DNA of 63,358 bases, counting the filler, from Collodictyon triciliatum (taxonomy: Eukaryota), in assembly GCA_043381765.1 (NCBI GenBank). It is 6 parts of 6 records of this genome, joined end to end, with 100 filler letters (N's around TTAATTAATTAA, not from the genome) between each part and the next. Parts side by side here need not be neighbours in the genome. Positions count along the whole stretch, not along the records: positions 14,001 to 27,865 come from JBHJMP010001902.1; 5 more parts are not named here. One strand, 5' to 3'. Of the stretch, positions 14,001 through 27,965 are shown piece after piece. The position numbers and the translations under genes are program-made. The stretch's first letter is position 1, and each line of letters begins with the position of its first letter. The notes beneath the pieces are model-generated. The model saw only the letters and a list, made by a program, of their open reading frames with translations. It did not search any database and was not told the DNA's origin.

Positions 14001-14645
14001 AAAAAAGCGCAATACCCCTATTTCCCTTTCCCAAAAAAAAAAAACTGCACTCAGATTATTTTTTTTTTTAAAAAAAAAAAAAAAAAAGAGAAGGATACCG
14101 CAAAGGAAAGAGAATAACATTCAATATGAAAACAACAGCATAACGCAGGAAGTCGAAGAAAGAAACAATTTAGTAGTGAGAAATGACCAATACATACATG
14201 AATCTCTGTAAAGGGTTTGTTCTTTTGTGAACCTAAGCGCACACAACAAGATACAATAAACTTTTCAAAACAAACAGATTCCTTCTTTTTTTTTCCTACC
14301 ATAAATGAAGAGACATATATATTCAGAATAATCTTGCAGTATGTCACAATATGTGTTATTGAAAACTAGCCATGTTGGGAGCACTACGAAAGATAAATGT
14401 TTGGCTTTGAAGTTTAGGAATTAAAACCAAACATTCATTTACTTTTCATTACCTTTCTTTTCATCTGGCCAAATTAGCTCGAGTTGAAGTGCCACACGAT
14501 TCGAGAGATTTCTTTTTTAAAAGAAGTATAAACTAACAATGACAGTACAGTGGAAAATGCGAGACGACCCACAAGGGTGCCACCGAGCTTTTATATTTGG
14601 ATGACCGCACTTCTCCAACGGATAAAGAAAAGGCCTGATGATTGA

Positions 14646-17522
<2,877 letters not shown>

Positions 17523-18354
17523 GTTCACGTACTTTTTCGTAAGACTTGGGCTGTGCAAAGACTGGGCGGATCTGCGCAGTTGATTACGGCGTGATGTGGG
17601 CGTGTTTTGTGTGGGGATCAAAGCTGCTTCTGCGATGGTTTCATCACGAGGCCACACAGCACCACAACTCCTTCAAATGCGGAAATTATAAATATTCATC
17701 AAAATAAGCCCGAATAAGCATTTAAACAAACTCTATATAGTAGGTTTTCTTGCAGATATGATTGCGTATGCTTATTTATATTAACTCCAGTGTGCATGTT
17801 TCATACAGCTCCTGTTTTTGTGTCATCAGGCTAATGATTTGGTAGGATGGGTTTATTTCACTGCAGGTTTGCTGGCGTTTGGAGCTCAATGGGCCGCATA
17901 CCCACCGCTAGCGTACGAACAATCTTGGCAGTAGCAGGGGTCCGAGCCTTTGTTTTCAATGGAAAGAACGCCAAATGTGATTTTTATATTGGCGGTGTGC
18001 GTGATGAGAATATGTTATTCTGTGGATTTTTTTTTTTTTGCTTTTTTTTTTTTTTTTTTGCCTGTTTCTTTTTCTCTAGGTATTATTGGAGATGTGATGT
18101 AGTTGTAATATACCAAAGGTTAAGACAAAAAATGAGAAAAACATTGCCCCAGATATTGATTTGATTACTTTCAGTACGGTGTATTTCGTGATGAACTAAC
18201 CCCTGTGATGTTTTTGAATGAAAGTGACGTGATGAGCCTGGTTAGACGCGGCCGAAACTCCTGCAAACTTGGAGACATCTTGGAAACTTTCTAAAAACAT
18301 ATCAGGATTTTATTTATTTTTTATTTTAAAAAAAGAATGGTGAGATGGAATGAT

Positions 18355-20455
18355 TTAAAAGTTACTTGTTGGTGTAGCCCTGGATTGTTGGAAAGAACTA
18401 GGATTCCAGTGACCCAACCTCGAGAGCAGCTCCCACAGTCTATTAATCTCATCCTCTGTGTTTTGTGTCATGGAAGCAGGCAAGTGTTTTCTGATTATTT
18501 TTTAAATAGAAAAGAATAAGAATATTTATGCCGAATTATTTAATTCAAAGTTTTGATTTAATAGAAATCTCCAATCGAAAAGGCACTACCTCGCAACTTC
18601 ACGGTCAAAGAAGAAAGACCCATTATATTTTGAGTCATCCAGTACAACTAATGGCGATGCTACAAGCCACTTTAATGTGTCCGAACCCTCTTCGTCTGTT
18701 CTCAGCTTACCTTGATCAATTTTGTATTCTGTTGCATCAGGACTCAAAATCCTATTCAATATTTTATCTCATCTTCTTACAAAAATAAACAGCAATTAAT
18801 CATAAAGCGAGCATATACCGTATGCATTCCACAGTCTCACGTAAGTGCCATTTGGGCAAGTACAAGAGTATTTCGATGCAACACTTCGAAATAAAATTTA
18901 CCATCCTGGATGCATAGAAAAGAACTTTACTCCTGTACCAGAATATAATGAGGCGAATCTTTCCGCCAAAATCATCAATCCTCTCTAAAAAAAATATATG
19001 ATGAAATATTAAAATATACTATAAAAGAAAAGGACTCTGGCATTGATACTACTTATTTTCACTGTTCATAGCATAATGTATTAGAGTATTTTTTTTCTGT
19101 GTAAGGCAAAAACCCTGGTCTCTGAAAAAAGCTGTTCTCCATTATATTTTTCTGATTGTTCGGATGTTATTCTAAAGCATATGGGTGTTCTTTATTATGT
19201 TATAAACTGCATAATGATTTTTTTTATTCTTCCTTTCAACTTTTGTGCAGGACCGAAACTGCATAATGATATAATTTGCCAGGACTATTGACAACTCTAG
19301 AATTATATAAGTTCAGAACTTACTTACCTTTTTTTTAAAAAAAATATACAGAATGAAATAAACAAAAGTATTACTATTCACCCACCTATCTAGGTGCACT
19401 TTTGTAGAATACACTGACGGAGAGCACACATATATGACACGCGACTGAAACCCAGAGGAAAGAGACGGAATTAACATATTCGTCAATAAGAATGGAGCTA
19501 GTAGATTTACCACAAATGTAACATCAAGTCCATCAGGATTTTCCACCTTGTGTATCAATGTTAGAGTTGAGACAGCAATCAAAGAAAATAGGTATAATTA
19601 AAGAGGATATCATGCAAGTCTAGCAAAATAAAAAGAATTAACCCTGCTTTGACTGAAATTTGATGCGCCATGAATCAACCCATCCAGCTTTTCGCCACTT
19701 GCAAGAAATGAATCGCAAAAGGTTTTTATCTGTGGTGTTCATGTGGTGGAAAGAAATTATGATCAAATTGTAGTAATTGGATAAAAAGGTCACTCTTTTC
19801 AATCATTTAATGAATTAAAGTAATAAAAAAAAATCGTACTTGTTGTATATCCGCAAGATTTATGCTGTGAATTAAAAGAGTAAGTAAATTTTGTGTTTTT
19901 AAACGACTTGTGAACTCGCTCCTAGTTTATAAATGATAAAGTTTGGCTTTAGTACCCGATTCATTTACGACTGGTAGTGCAAGCGTTCCATTCCAAAGAT
20001 ACTTGACTCTCAAACAATTCATCAATGCAAGGTGTGAAAGCTCTTAAATAATTATCTTGACAGAAAATGCATTCACTTTATAGTCGACAATATGCGCATA
20101 CCTAATCATATCAGTCCTGCCTCCGTCCTTTATTAGCAAGTGAACTCGTGCCCCTTTCATCAGCAAAAACTCAACAAAATACTTCCCTATGCCTGAACTT
20201 CCCCCGGTTACCTTTTTTTAAAATTCGAAATGAAAGGGCTCTTAAAATAAAAAAAAATATGATTTTGGTTTCTTAACCATGTAAAATTTCTTTTGATTTG
20301 GAATACATCGAGATGATACTCACCATAAAGCATTTTCCGTCCAAGTTTGTTTCCAACACATGAGGGTCGAAAGACTTTGCATGTTCATAGTATCCACTTC
20401 GAGTGAATTTAATTTCACCCATGGCCAGTAACGCGGCGTCCCGAAGGAATGACAT
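18355..20455 (-). CDS. DHRS12-like short-chain dehydrogenase/reductase, probably catalytically degenerate; last exon uncertain
   Basis: MSFLRDAALLAMGEIKFTRSGYYEHAKSF...VTGGSSGIGK...NLLAPFLLT...SMHPGW...LRTDEEGSDTLKWL...GSFFFDR match the DHRS12 layout as I recall it. The 3' end could extend to ~18197 through a further intron. Confidence 0.8.
19204..19270 (-). mobile_element. Family B micro-insertion with 15-bp direct repeat (intronic)
   Basis: AAACTGCATAATGAT at 19204-19218 and 19256-19270 flanks (minus strand) CGGTCCTGCACAAAAGTTGAAAGGAAGAATAAAAAAA. Confidence 0.75.
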
Positions 20456-21199
20456 ATCCAATACTATTTTATTCCTTAGCAAGCAATTCAGAGTAGGCAT
20501 GTTCCAATATAACTTTATTATTGTTAAAAAAATGTGACAGATGGGTAAAAGCCCCGGTATGTTAATCTTTTGAATCGATTTGAATACATTATCTCCTATA
20601 TATTCATCGCTTTTTTTTTTTTCACACTCTGACACAGTCTATGGGTTTGAATAATCTACGAAAGAAACAACACCAAATGACTTTTTAACATTAAAATTTT
20701 CTGCGTATTATATATGATGTATGGCATCGTGTTGTCCAGGGACGAAATGAAAGCCAAATTGGCGAATCACGGAATCAGAATTACCTAAGAGGGATGCATA
20801 TACACACTTTATCCCTTGCATTTGGTTATTTTAATTTACGTGTTGTATTTCATTTAACAGTGGCGCTTATTATCCATCATTTCGATGAAAAATCGGTATA
20901 TTACTGAATCATCTCTGTTTTTATCTTCAAAAAGTTGAATGGTACAGTAATTATAAAGTACTATCTTTAATCATGATTATTGTATCTAATATACTTAACT
21001 TTTTGTCTTTGACTATTTCTGCGAGAGTTCTATAATCTTGATTACTTTTTTTTAAAATACTTTATGAAGAAATTTTTATTATTGACATCTAACCAATCAT
21101 ATCAGATTTTTCTCCAATTGACTACAATTCTTTATCTTATTATCGTATTCACATATATGTAACCTCAATTCTCTCGACTCATGGGATACTTCATGGATA

Positions 21200-24100
21200 A
21201 TCACCAGGACTAACATTGATGAGTTCCAATAAATTCTTCAAAAAAATTCAAATTATATCTGATCAAATAAGCGATGTCCACCTTTGCTCCGTTGAAGGCA
21301 TGAATCTTCCAACGGGATGTTGTGTGTGAAAAAGTTTGAATTCCCCTTGAACAAAATCCAAGTAAACAACTCCCATCCAGTTTTGCCACTACGAAAGCTT
21401 GTCAACTTTCTGATTTCATTCCATGCTAGGCTGCTTTATTTATTTCCGCTGTAGATGCCGAACCCCCGTATGAATTGCTACGGAATTATCGAAAAAAGAA
21501 AATGGGAAAAAGGAATTCGGCGATATACAAGCCTTGTCTATTAAATTTAATATGTGTACAAATCTCTTGAACGGAGCCAGAACGAGAAGATTGCATCATG
21601 TTTTTGTGCTTTATTTTTCTGGGACAAGAAGATAGTTTTACATAGAACTAATGCACTGGTGAGTGTAAGTTATGGATATCCTGGGGGCTCAGCCGCCCAG
21701 TTGGTTATTGGAGTCGAAACTTTGTCGCTGGTGTAAGGAATTACTGCTATTTTCTGGTATTGGAGGATTCTCTGATGACCTCTTTCTCGGCTTCTTCAAA
21801 ATGAATGTAATCCTTGTCAAGAAGCTCAGTGATGCGGGAATGAAGCTGATTCAAGCTGGCAAAAGACTAAGTTTATCATAATAAAATTCTTGTTATGAAA
21901 AGTCATAATAAGCAGATTTATATGAATCATAGGGAAGTTTTTTTTGAGTGCGCAATGAAAATCAGGAATACGCTTAAATGTGGTTGAGATACTATTTGCT
22001 GTCGGAAACGAAGCATCAAAACATCAAATTAAAATATCTAACCTTTCGATTATTTGACTGTTCTCGAGTGTTATAAGAGAAGCCAAATCCGTGCGTTATA
22101 TCCTTTCTGTTGGTGCGTGTAGATGTATTATAGGCTGCTATCAGTTCTATTCTGTCCTGCACAGCTATGTCCAGTGATACTGCTTGTAGGTGCTTGACTT
22201 TTGGAGGATTCCGCGCTTCCAAGTGAGAGTAAGTCTTCATTTGATAGCTTTTTTCTTGTGTCCCTACTATTACAATAATCCTTTATTGATTAATTCGTGT
22301 TACTTTTTAAAAAGGAAAGAAACAGGAACAGTATCTGCAAATGACGGAGCTGCGAGTCCCTTCGGTTTTGTTTCATTTTCTGGTATTTGGGATTAAAAAA
22401 ATTCGTGTAGTGAAGGTTATTTGTCGTGTGGAATATTTTTCACTTGAGTTATGGAGTGGACGAGATTCAAAGCGGCTCTTGAATTCACACTATCTCTGCC
22501 TCTTGGCTAAGCTGACGAAAACACAGCCCGGCCAGCGTTAGTTATACCCTGCTTCGGACAAACTCATTCCTGCCCACTTCCAAATTCTGGATTCGCTTAC
22601 AGTTCCACAGAGCTATTGTTTTGCTGCTGAGACTGGAAAATCAGCCGAAATACTTCCTGCGCAATACACTTATGAGAAACATCAAATTTCTTGACCAGGA
22701 AACATTTGGATTCACTCGCAGAAATTCCTAGGAACAGAATGAATTATGTGGCCACCTATGGACTAAAAACTTCCTAACAAAGCCCAATAACTTTTTTGGT
22801 CTGCCTTTCATGTCGCGTTTCGCTCCTTTCGTTGAACGAAGTGTTTGGTTAAGGTGTAGCCCCTTTTGGTTACACTTTCAATCAGGCCAGTACTTTTTTC
22901 GCAGTCAGGAAAGCTTTTTGTTGATATGTCCAAGCTATGAATGAATCATAATGTGTTTCTTCTTTGCGAATAGAACCCAAAGCAATCGCTTCGCTCCGCC
23001 CTATAGCCCAGATCTCATGCCGATGCATTACACGCTTGGATTCTCCTCGGCCTTCGAAGATGAGTTGTAATAGTTTCGTGTGGTGGAGGAGAAGCAGAGC
23101 TGGTGAAAATCGGCGTTTTAGATACTAATCTATGCAAGTCTGATGTGATACTGAGCTTGAGTGAATTGCAACCCCAATTGTTTGAGTTAGATAAGTCTCT
23201 GCTGTAATCACCAGTTTTTAGCAAGTATCTTCTGCCGCAATAGTACCTGATTAGCAACACGAATGAGAGGAAGTGAGTTGCTAATCTCTCATCCGTTGCA
23301 ATAAAGAAATTAAGATTGAAATAACAATAGTGTTGAGCCATGATTCCGACTTCCGTATACTACTGGCCTGCACCCTTAACCGACATGCGTCGCTGCTTTC
23401 AACCAAGGCGCAAAACCATTGCTTCGGACCGTAAAAATATATATACAAATCCCATTTCTTCCCTCGAATCGAATAAAGGAAAAAAGATTGGAGATACAAA
23501 ATTACAAGACAAACACTATCGCCTTTGGATTATTAGTGATAGGTGGATATCGTGTGGAATAGATTAGATTGATAATATTTTAGTCTCCCTTTAGACAGGT
23601 ACCTCTATTGCATATTCATGGTGGTGATACAAAGTAAAAATCAGAAGGGGGTTGTGGCTCATGACTTTAAGTAGCTCTTACAAATATATTTTTCTTACAT
23701 TCTTAGTAAGCATATTAAAACCCCGGTACGCTAATAATTATTCAGCACATCGATAAATGCTGCAGTTTTATGTTGGCTATTTCCACTCAAGCCACAAGAG
23801 CATATCCCATTGAGAATTTCAAAAAGGCCGAAGCTATCCATGAAATAACTATCATTTGGATACTAAGAAGTAATCTAAAGCCAATCGGCTCTCTAAGGAG
23901 GGGATGTTTGAGTTCGAAAGAAAAGTATGGTGTCCGTGAATCGATACTGTTCAGAGAAATAAGCGACAGCAAAATTGACTGAAATATCTAGGTTGGATGA
24001 GCCTAATTCAAACGAAGGTGCTGATTTAGCGTGTCTCTATTTCCAGCATACATACTTTGCCTTTTATTTATCAATAGAGTACATGGTTGTTACAGTCGGT

Positions 24101-24612
24101 TGATGAGTTGACGCGATCGGATTCTTCAGTGGCATTAAATTGTATCAGGTCGTTCTCGAGAATATGGCGTATCTGCATATGAGCCTATTACAATTTTAAA
24201 AGTGAGAAAACATCGGGATGGCCAGGACAGATATGCTAAAATGTATATATTCTGCAAGCAGTTGATCATTTTGATTGATTCACCCCGATTAAAAAAAAAA
24301 GGCACTCATCCATATATGACATCTTTCATCAACAATTTGCAGCTTGTCTCATCAATCAGCATCTCCAAGTCACACATTACGATCATAAATCAGAAATCAC
24401 ACAAACTCAATCAGCAGAGTAGGATTGCTTACTTGTTGAAGGACATTGTTATAGTGCGTCTGCAGATTAATTTGTGCTTGAATGTGCGAGTGTGTGGAAG
24501 GGTTTTGGCGGAGAGACTGCTCAACTTGCAAGATCCTCTCCTCTACAATAGAATCTAAGGCAATAGCTCGAGGACGCTTAATCTTTGGAGGCTCTGAGTG
24601 AATTTTCTCCAT
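21200..24612 (-). pseudogene. Decayed coding relic of unknown type (possibly transposon-derived)
   Basis: Plausible first exon MEKIHSEPPKIKRP...NNVLQQ|gtaagc, followed by protein-like frames broken by stops and frameshifts (e.g. HEIWAIGRSEAIALGSIRKEETHYDSFIAW ~22930-23020; CSCG ~23800). No family recognised; boundaries approximate. Confidence 0.3.
23463..23485 (+). mobile_element. Family A micro-insertion core
   Basis: CTCGAATCGAATAAAGGAAAAAA; no clean direct repeat found. Confidence 0.5.
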
Positions 24613-25392
24613 CGAACTGCGGTGGTTAACTTATCGAATACCTGGTTGTGTGAAGAAGAAAACGAAAATTCTTTAATGTCTTTTTGTGAGTAGGTTTGTG
24701 GTTCTAGTTTTACTTCTATTCGTGTGATGATAGAGCGGTGAGGGTGATTGGAGAATTTACAGGTTGGATCGCTCGAGTAAGCTATCGTAGCTTATCTCGC
24801 AATACCAAGAATAAACACGTTTTATTCGGGACCAGAAAGCTGACTCTGTGTCATTAGAGTGAAATACACCTCCTTCGCAGTCCGTACAGTATTGTACTCA
24901 AACATCCCTGGCCTAGTCATCGCAGCTGATATTTGTTTCTCTTTTTTGTCGCCTATAGATTCGCTGCTTATTTCTATATGCTCTCTCTGGGTTACCTTGT
25001 GTGTTTGTGAAATTATGTAGTGAATCGTCGACCTAAGTGCCTTTACCACACAGCACGACTGGCCTCGGCTTCTCCTTCCTGTGTTTTTAAAGCCCTCGAT
25101 CGCAATCACCTTACCCAGCCCTATGATTCCTGTTCATTTCCAAATCCTCTCTCACCCACATACCGTTTTAAACGCATTGTCAAAAGGTGCGGGTTGGAAA
25201 ATGTGCAGAACTGAAATGGTGATGTCACCAAACATTTGTCCACGTTTCCTTCTGAGGCAAGTTTCAACTTTATTCCAAGAAATTTACAAGAATGAAAAAG
25301 AATGTCGAGACCTTTTTAGTCCTTTTTCGGCTACATATTACCACATGAGGTTCAATACCGAATTTATGATCTATCCTTAATAAGTGTTCCGC

Positions 25393-26480
25393 TTAAAAAG
25401 GTACATTCGAGAATCTGCCATATGTGGAGAGAAGCTTCTCAGACACGTAACTAATCTTTGGCTTGGCCATCGTCTGATATTTTAATTTGCATTTTAACTC
25501 GCTTTCGAAGGATGGAAGGATAGACTGATTGACCGCTATGATGAAGCCGTGCCTTTGGAGTTGTGTACCCGATAACAAATTAAAAATGGGATGGGAGCTG
25601 TCGTTAGATGCAGGCAATAATATGTGTTTATCGACGAATATACATTTAATCTTCAATAATTGTTGGTGAAATTGCTTTCAGCCTTCCTCTGGAAGAAAAA
25701 TGAAAGCTTTGTGGGGTAATGTGATTAAGTATAGCCTATTGCTAGTTCTTGATGATTGACTTGGTTGAAAAATGTGTCCGATGGCCATTTGCCTGAGCAA
25801 GTGCAAATGGTGTTCATATAATTGTTTGGAAAGGATTCTTTCAGTTCTATTGGAAGCAAAAGTAGGAGCGAAATTATCTTGATTTTGACTTTTCTTTGTA
25901 ATGCAGATGTCTCTTCATTTTTCGCGACAAGGATACCAGACTCGTGATTTCTTCAATTGTGCAGTGATATAAGGCATTAAGCTTTTGCTCGCATATACAC
26001 ATCTTAAATATCTTAATTTTAGGGCATTTATTTTTGCTAAAATATCATAGTCATCAGTCACTTCAGTCTCGGTGAATGGTTGAAAGTCTCCTAGCAGCCC
26101 TTCGACATACTCATAACCTTCACGAAAACTAAATACGTTGTCATCAAAATCCCTCTCTCTTTACTTCTTTTCTAACTAACCCATACGCATGATTGTTGAG
26201 ACGGGCTCAACAGCCAAGACTTTTAGAATAAAAAAAAAAACTAACCCATACACATATATCGCCCTAACTCAACAACTGATATTCCATCAAAGTCTATTCT
26301 CTTCATCTGAGATGCTCTCTTGCTTGAACACTACGACCACATTTACCTTCCATCTTAATATACAACCGTGCTCTCTTGATAAAACAGTATCCAATAGCGA
26401 TATAAACTCACTTGGTTGTAATGATTCTTCGTCCAGTCGAAGGCTGAAGATTCGCCTGAGCTTTTTGAATGGTGTTTGAC
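25393..26480 (-). pseudogene. Intronless decayed ORF
   Basis: About 250 codons in one frame (RDFDDNVFSFREGYEY...RFSNVPF*) with only two internal TGA. Upstream frame QTPFKKLRRIFSLRLDEE... is separated from it by a short insertion and a frameshift. Confidence 0.4.
26174..26251 (+). mobile_element. Type C hairpin-containing micro-insertion with 13-bp direct repeat
   Basis: AACTAACCCATAC at 26174-26186 and 26239-26251 flanks GCATGATTGTTGAGACGGGCTCAACAGCCAAGACTTTTAGAATAAAAAAAAA. Confidence 0.75.
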
Positions 26481-26741
26481 AGCGACATCATCGCTCTTGT
26501 TGCCCTATTCTAAGGTATCATTCATCATTTTTGTAGCTGGGTGCTCATCGGTAACTCGATGGCGCTTCAGTTTGAGTGACTCCGAGCCGTTCCCTTCCAT
26601 CAGCAACCAACAGGATTTCTTAATATTTCATTTGCGAAGCTACATGTCATCAAAGTTTGGCGTATATAAGTGCTCTTGCAAAAGGAGGAGAGTTCACACT
26701 CCTTCAATCAATATACATAGGTTTCAGGGCTATGAAGTTGC

Positions 26742-26836
26742 TTTTGTGTCTTTTGTGTCTTTTGTGTCTTTTGTGTCTTTTGTGTCTTTTGTGTCTTTTG
26801 TGTCTTTTGTGTCTTTTGTGTCTTTTGTGTCTTTTT
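26742..26836. repeat. 9-bp tandem repeat (TTTTGTGTC)n
   Basis: About 10 perfect units. Confidence 0.95.
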
Positions 26837-26839
26837 TGT

Positions 26840-27573
26840 GGGAGATAGTTAAGGCCCCACAAAGAAATCTTGCTCTATCCTTACCGAGCACAATAGAGTT
26901 ACTCGCTCCCGTGACACACTTCTCTTCACATCAACCATCTTTTCCCCAAGCGAACACGTCTTGCTGTACACACAGTCCTAGCCAATAGTCACTCTGTGTG
27001 TCCATTGTTGGCGGTCTTAATGCACAGGATTCGGTATCAAAAAAAAAAAACGCCCAAAGCAGCTGCCACACCAATACCCTTTTGCTGCACTGATTGGATA
27101 TTCCCTGACACACCCTCCCCAGCCTTCGCATACTGTGCTTCACTTTCACTTTCTTGGGCTACACACATTTTGTGATTCCAAAGGAGTTTACAAGAATTGC
27201 ATTTGAGACACTACCCGCCCCTTGCTGGGTGTGCGCTTTGCGTATTGTGTAGTTCGTGGCCGTCTTCCAGAGGGTTCCATCGTCCATATTATGCCGATAC
27301 CATAGGTTTCTTGGATTTCTTGGGTTTCTTGGGCTTCTTGGAACGTAACGAAGGGTACCCTTCAGAATAGCCATTCTTGGAAGGTGATACAAAAAGAGTA
27401 CACGCACACTCACACCTTGCTGCCCAACTCTGTCTCTCCACCGATTTCTGCTGTTTTGCTAGCCACAGAGCTGTGCTCATCTTTTTGGAGTCGGTGCTGC
27501 AGAACGCAGGGTCCGAGTCTTTGTACGACACCCACCAAAAGAACAGCACACTTAAAAACAAACAAACAAGCAT
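26840..27573 (-). pseudogene. Possible decayed type II membrane protein (glycosyltransferase-like?)
   Basis: N-terminal hydrophobic anchor MLVCLFLSVLFFWWVSY and a later SDYWLGLC reminiscent of fringe/GT31 motifs; several stops. Confidence 0.2.
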
Positions 27574-27768
27574 CAGGGAACGGCGCAATTATTGTATAAT
27601 AAAGATACAAAATAAAAGATACAAAACATATGGGTTAGCACTAGTCCCAACAACTGCCTTCAGGTTGTTTGCTGGACTCTGTCGTTCATAGGAGCGTATC
27701 AACATAACCTCTCTGCACAACCAACAACCATTTAGTAAGGCCACTTTTTCGATTTTCGACTTTGGTTT

Positions 27769-27865
27769 TCTTTCATTTCTTTCATTTCTTTCATTTCTTT
27801 CATTTCTTTCATTTCTTTCATTTCTTTCATTTCTTTCATTTCTTTCATTTCTTTCATTTCTTTCA
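27769..27865. repeat. 9-bp tandem repeat (TTTCTTTCA)n at contig end
   Basis: Visible perfect units running into the gap. Confidence 0.95.
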
Positions 27866-27965
27866 NNNNNNNNNNNNNNNNNNNNNNNNNNNNNNNNNNN
27901 NNNNNNNNNTTAATTAATTAANNNNNNNNNNNNNNNNNNNNNNNNNNNNNNNNNNNNNNNNNNNN
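27866..27965. other. Artificial contig linker
   Basis: N-TTAATTAATTAA-N. Confidence 0.97.

Noticed and set aside
18884-18901. 18-nt micro-intron in the SDR gene
   Set aside because: A downstream acceptor at ~18752 gives HPGW...LRT..GSDT, which matches the family far better.
19254-19296. Alternative SDR exon RVVNSPGKLYHYAVS restoring a Tyr
   Set aside because: Its donor lies within the family B insertion and it aligns poorly; the 19114-19171 exon matches family spacing.
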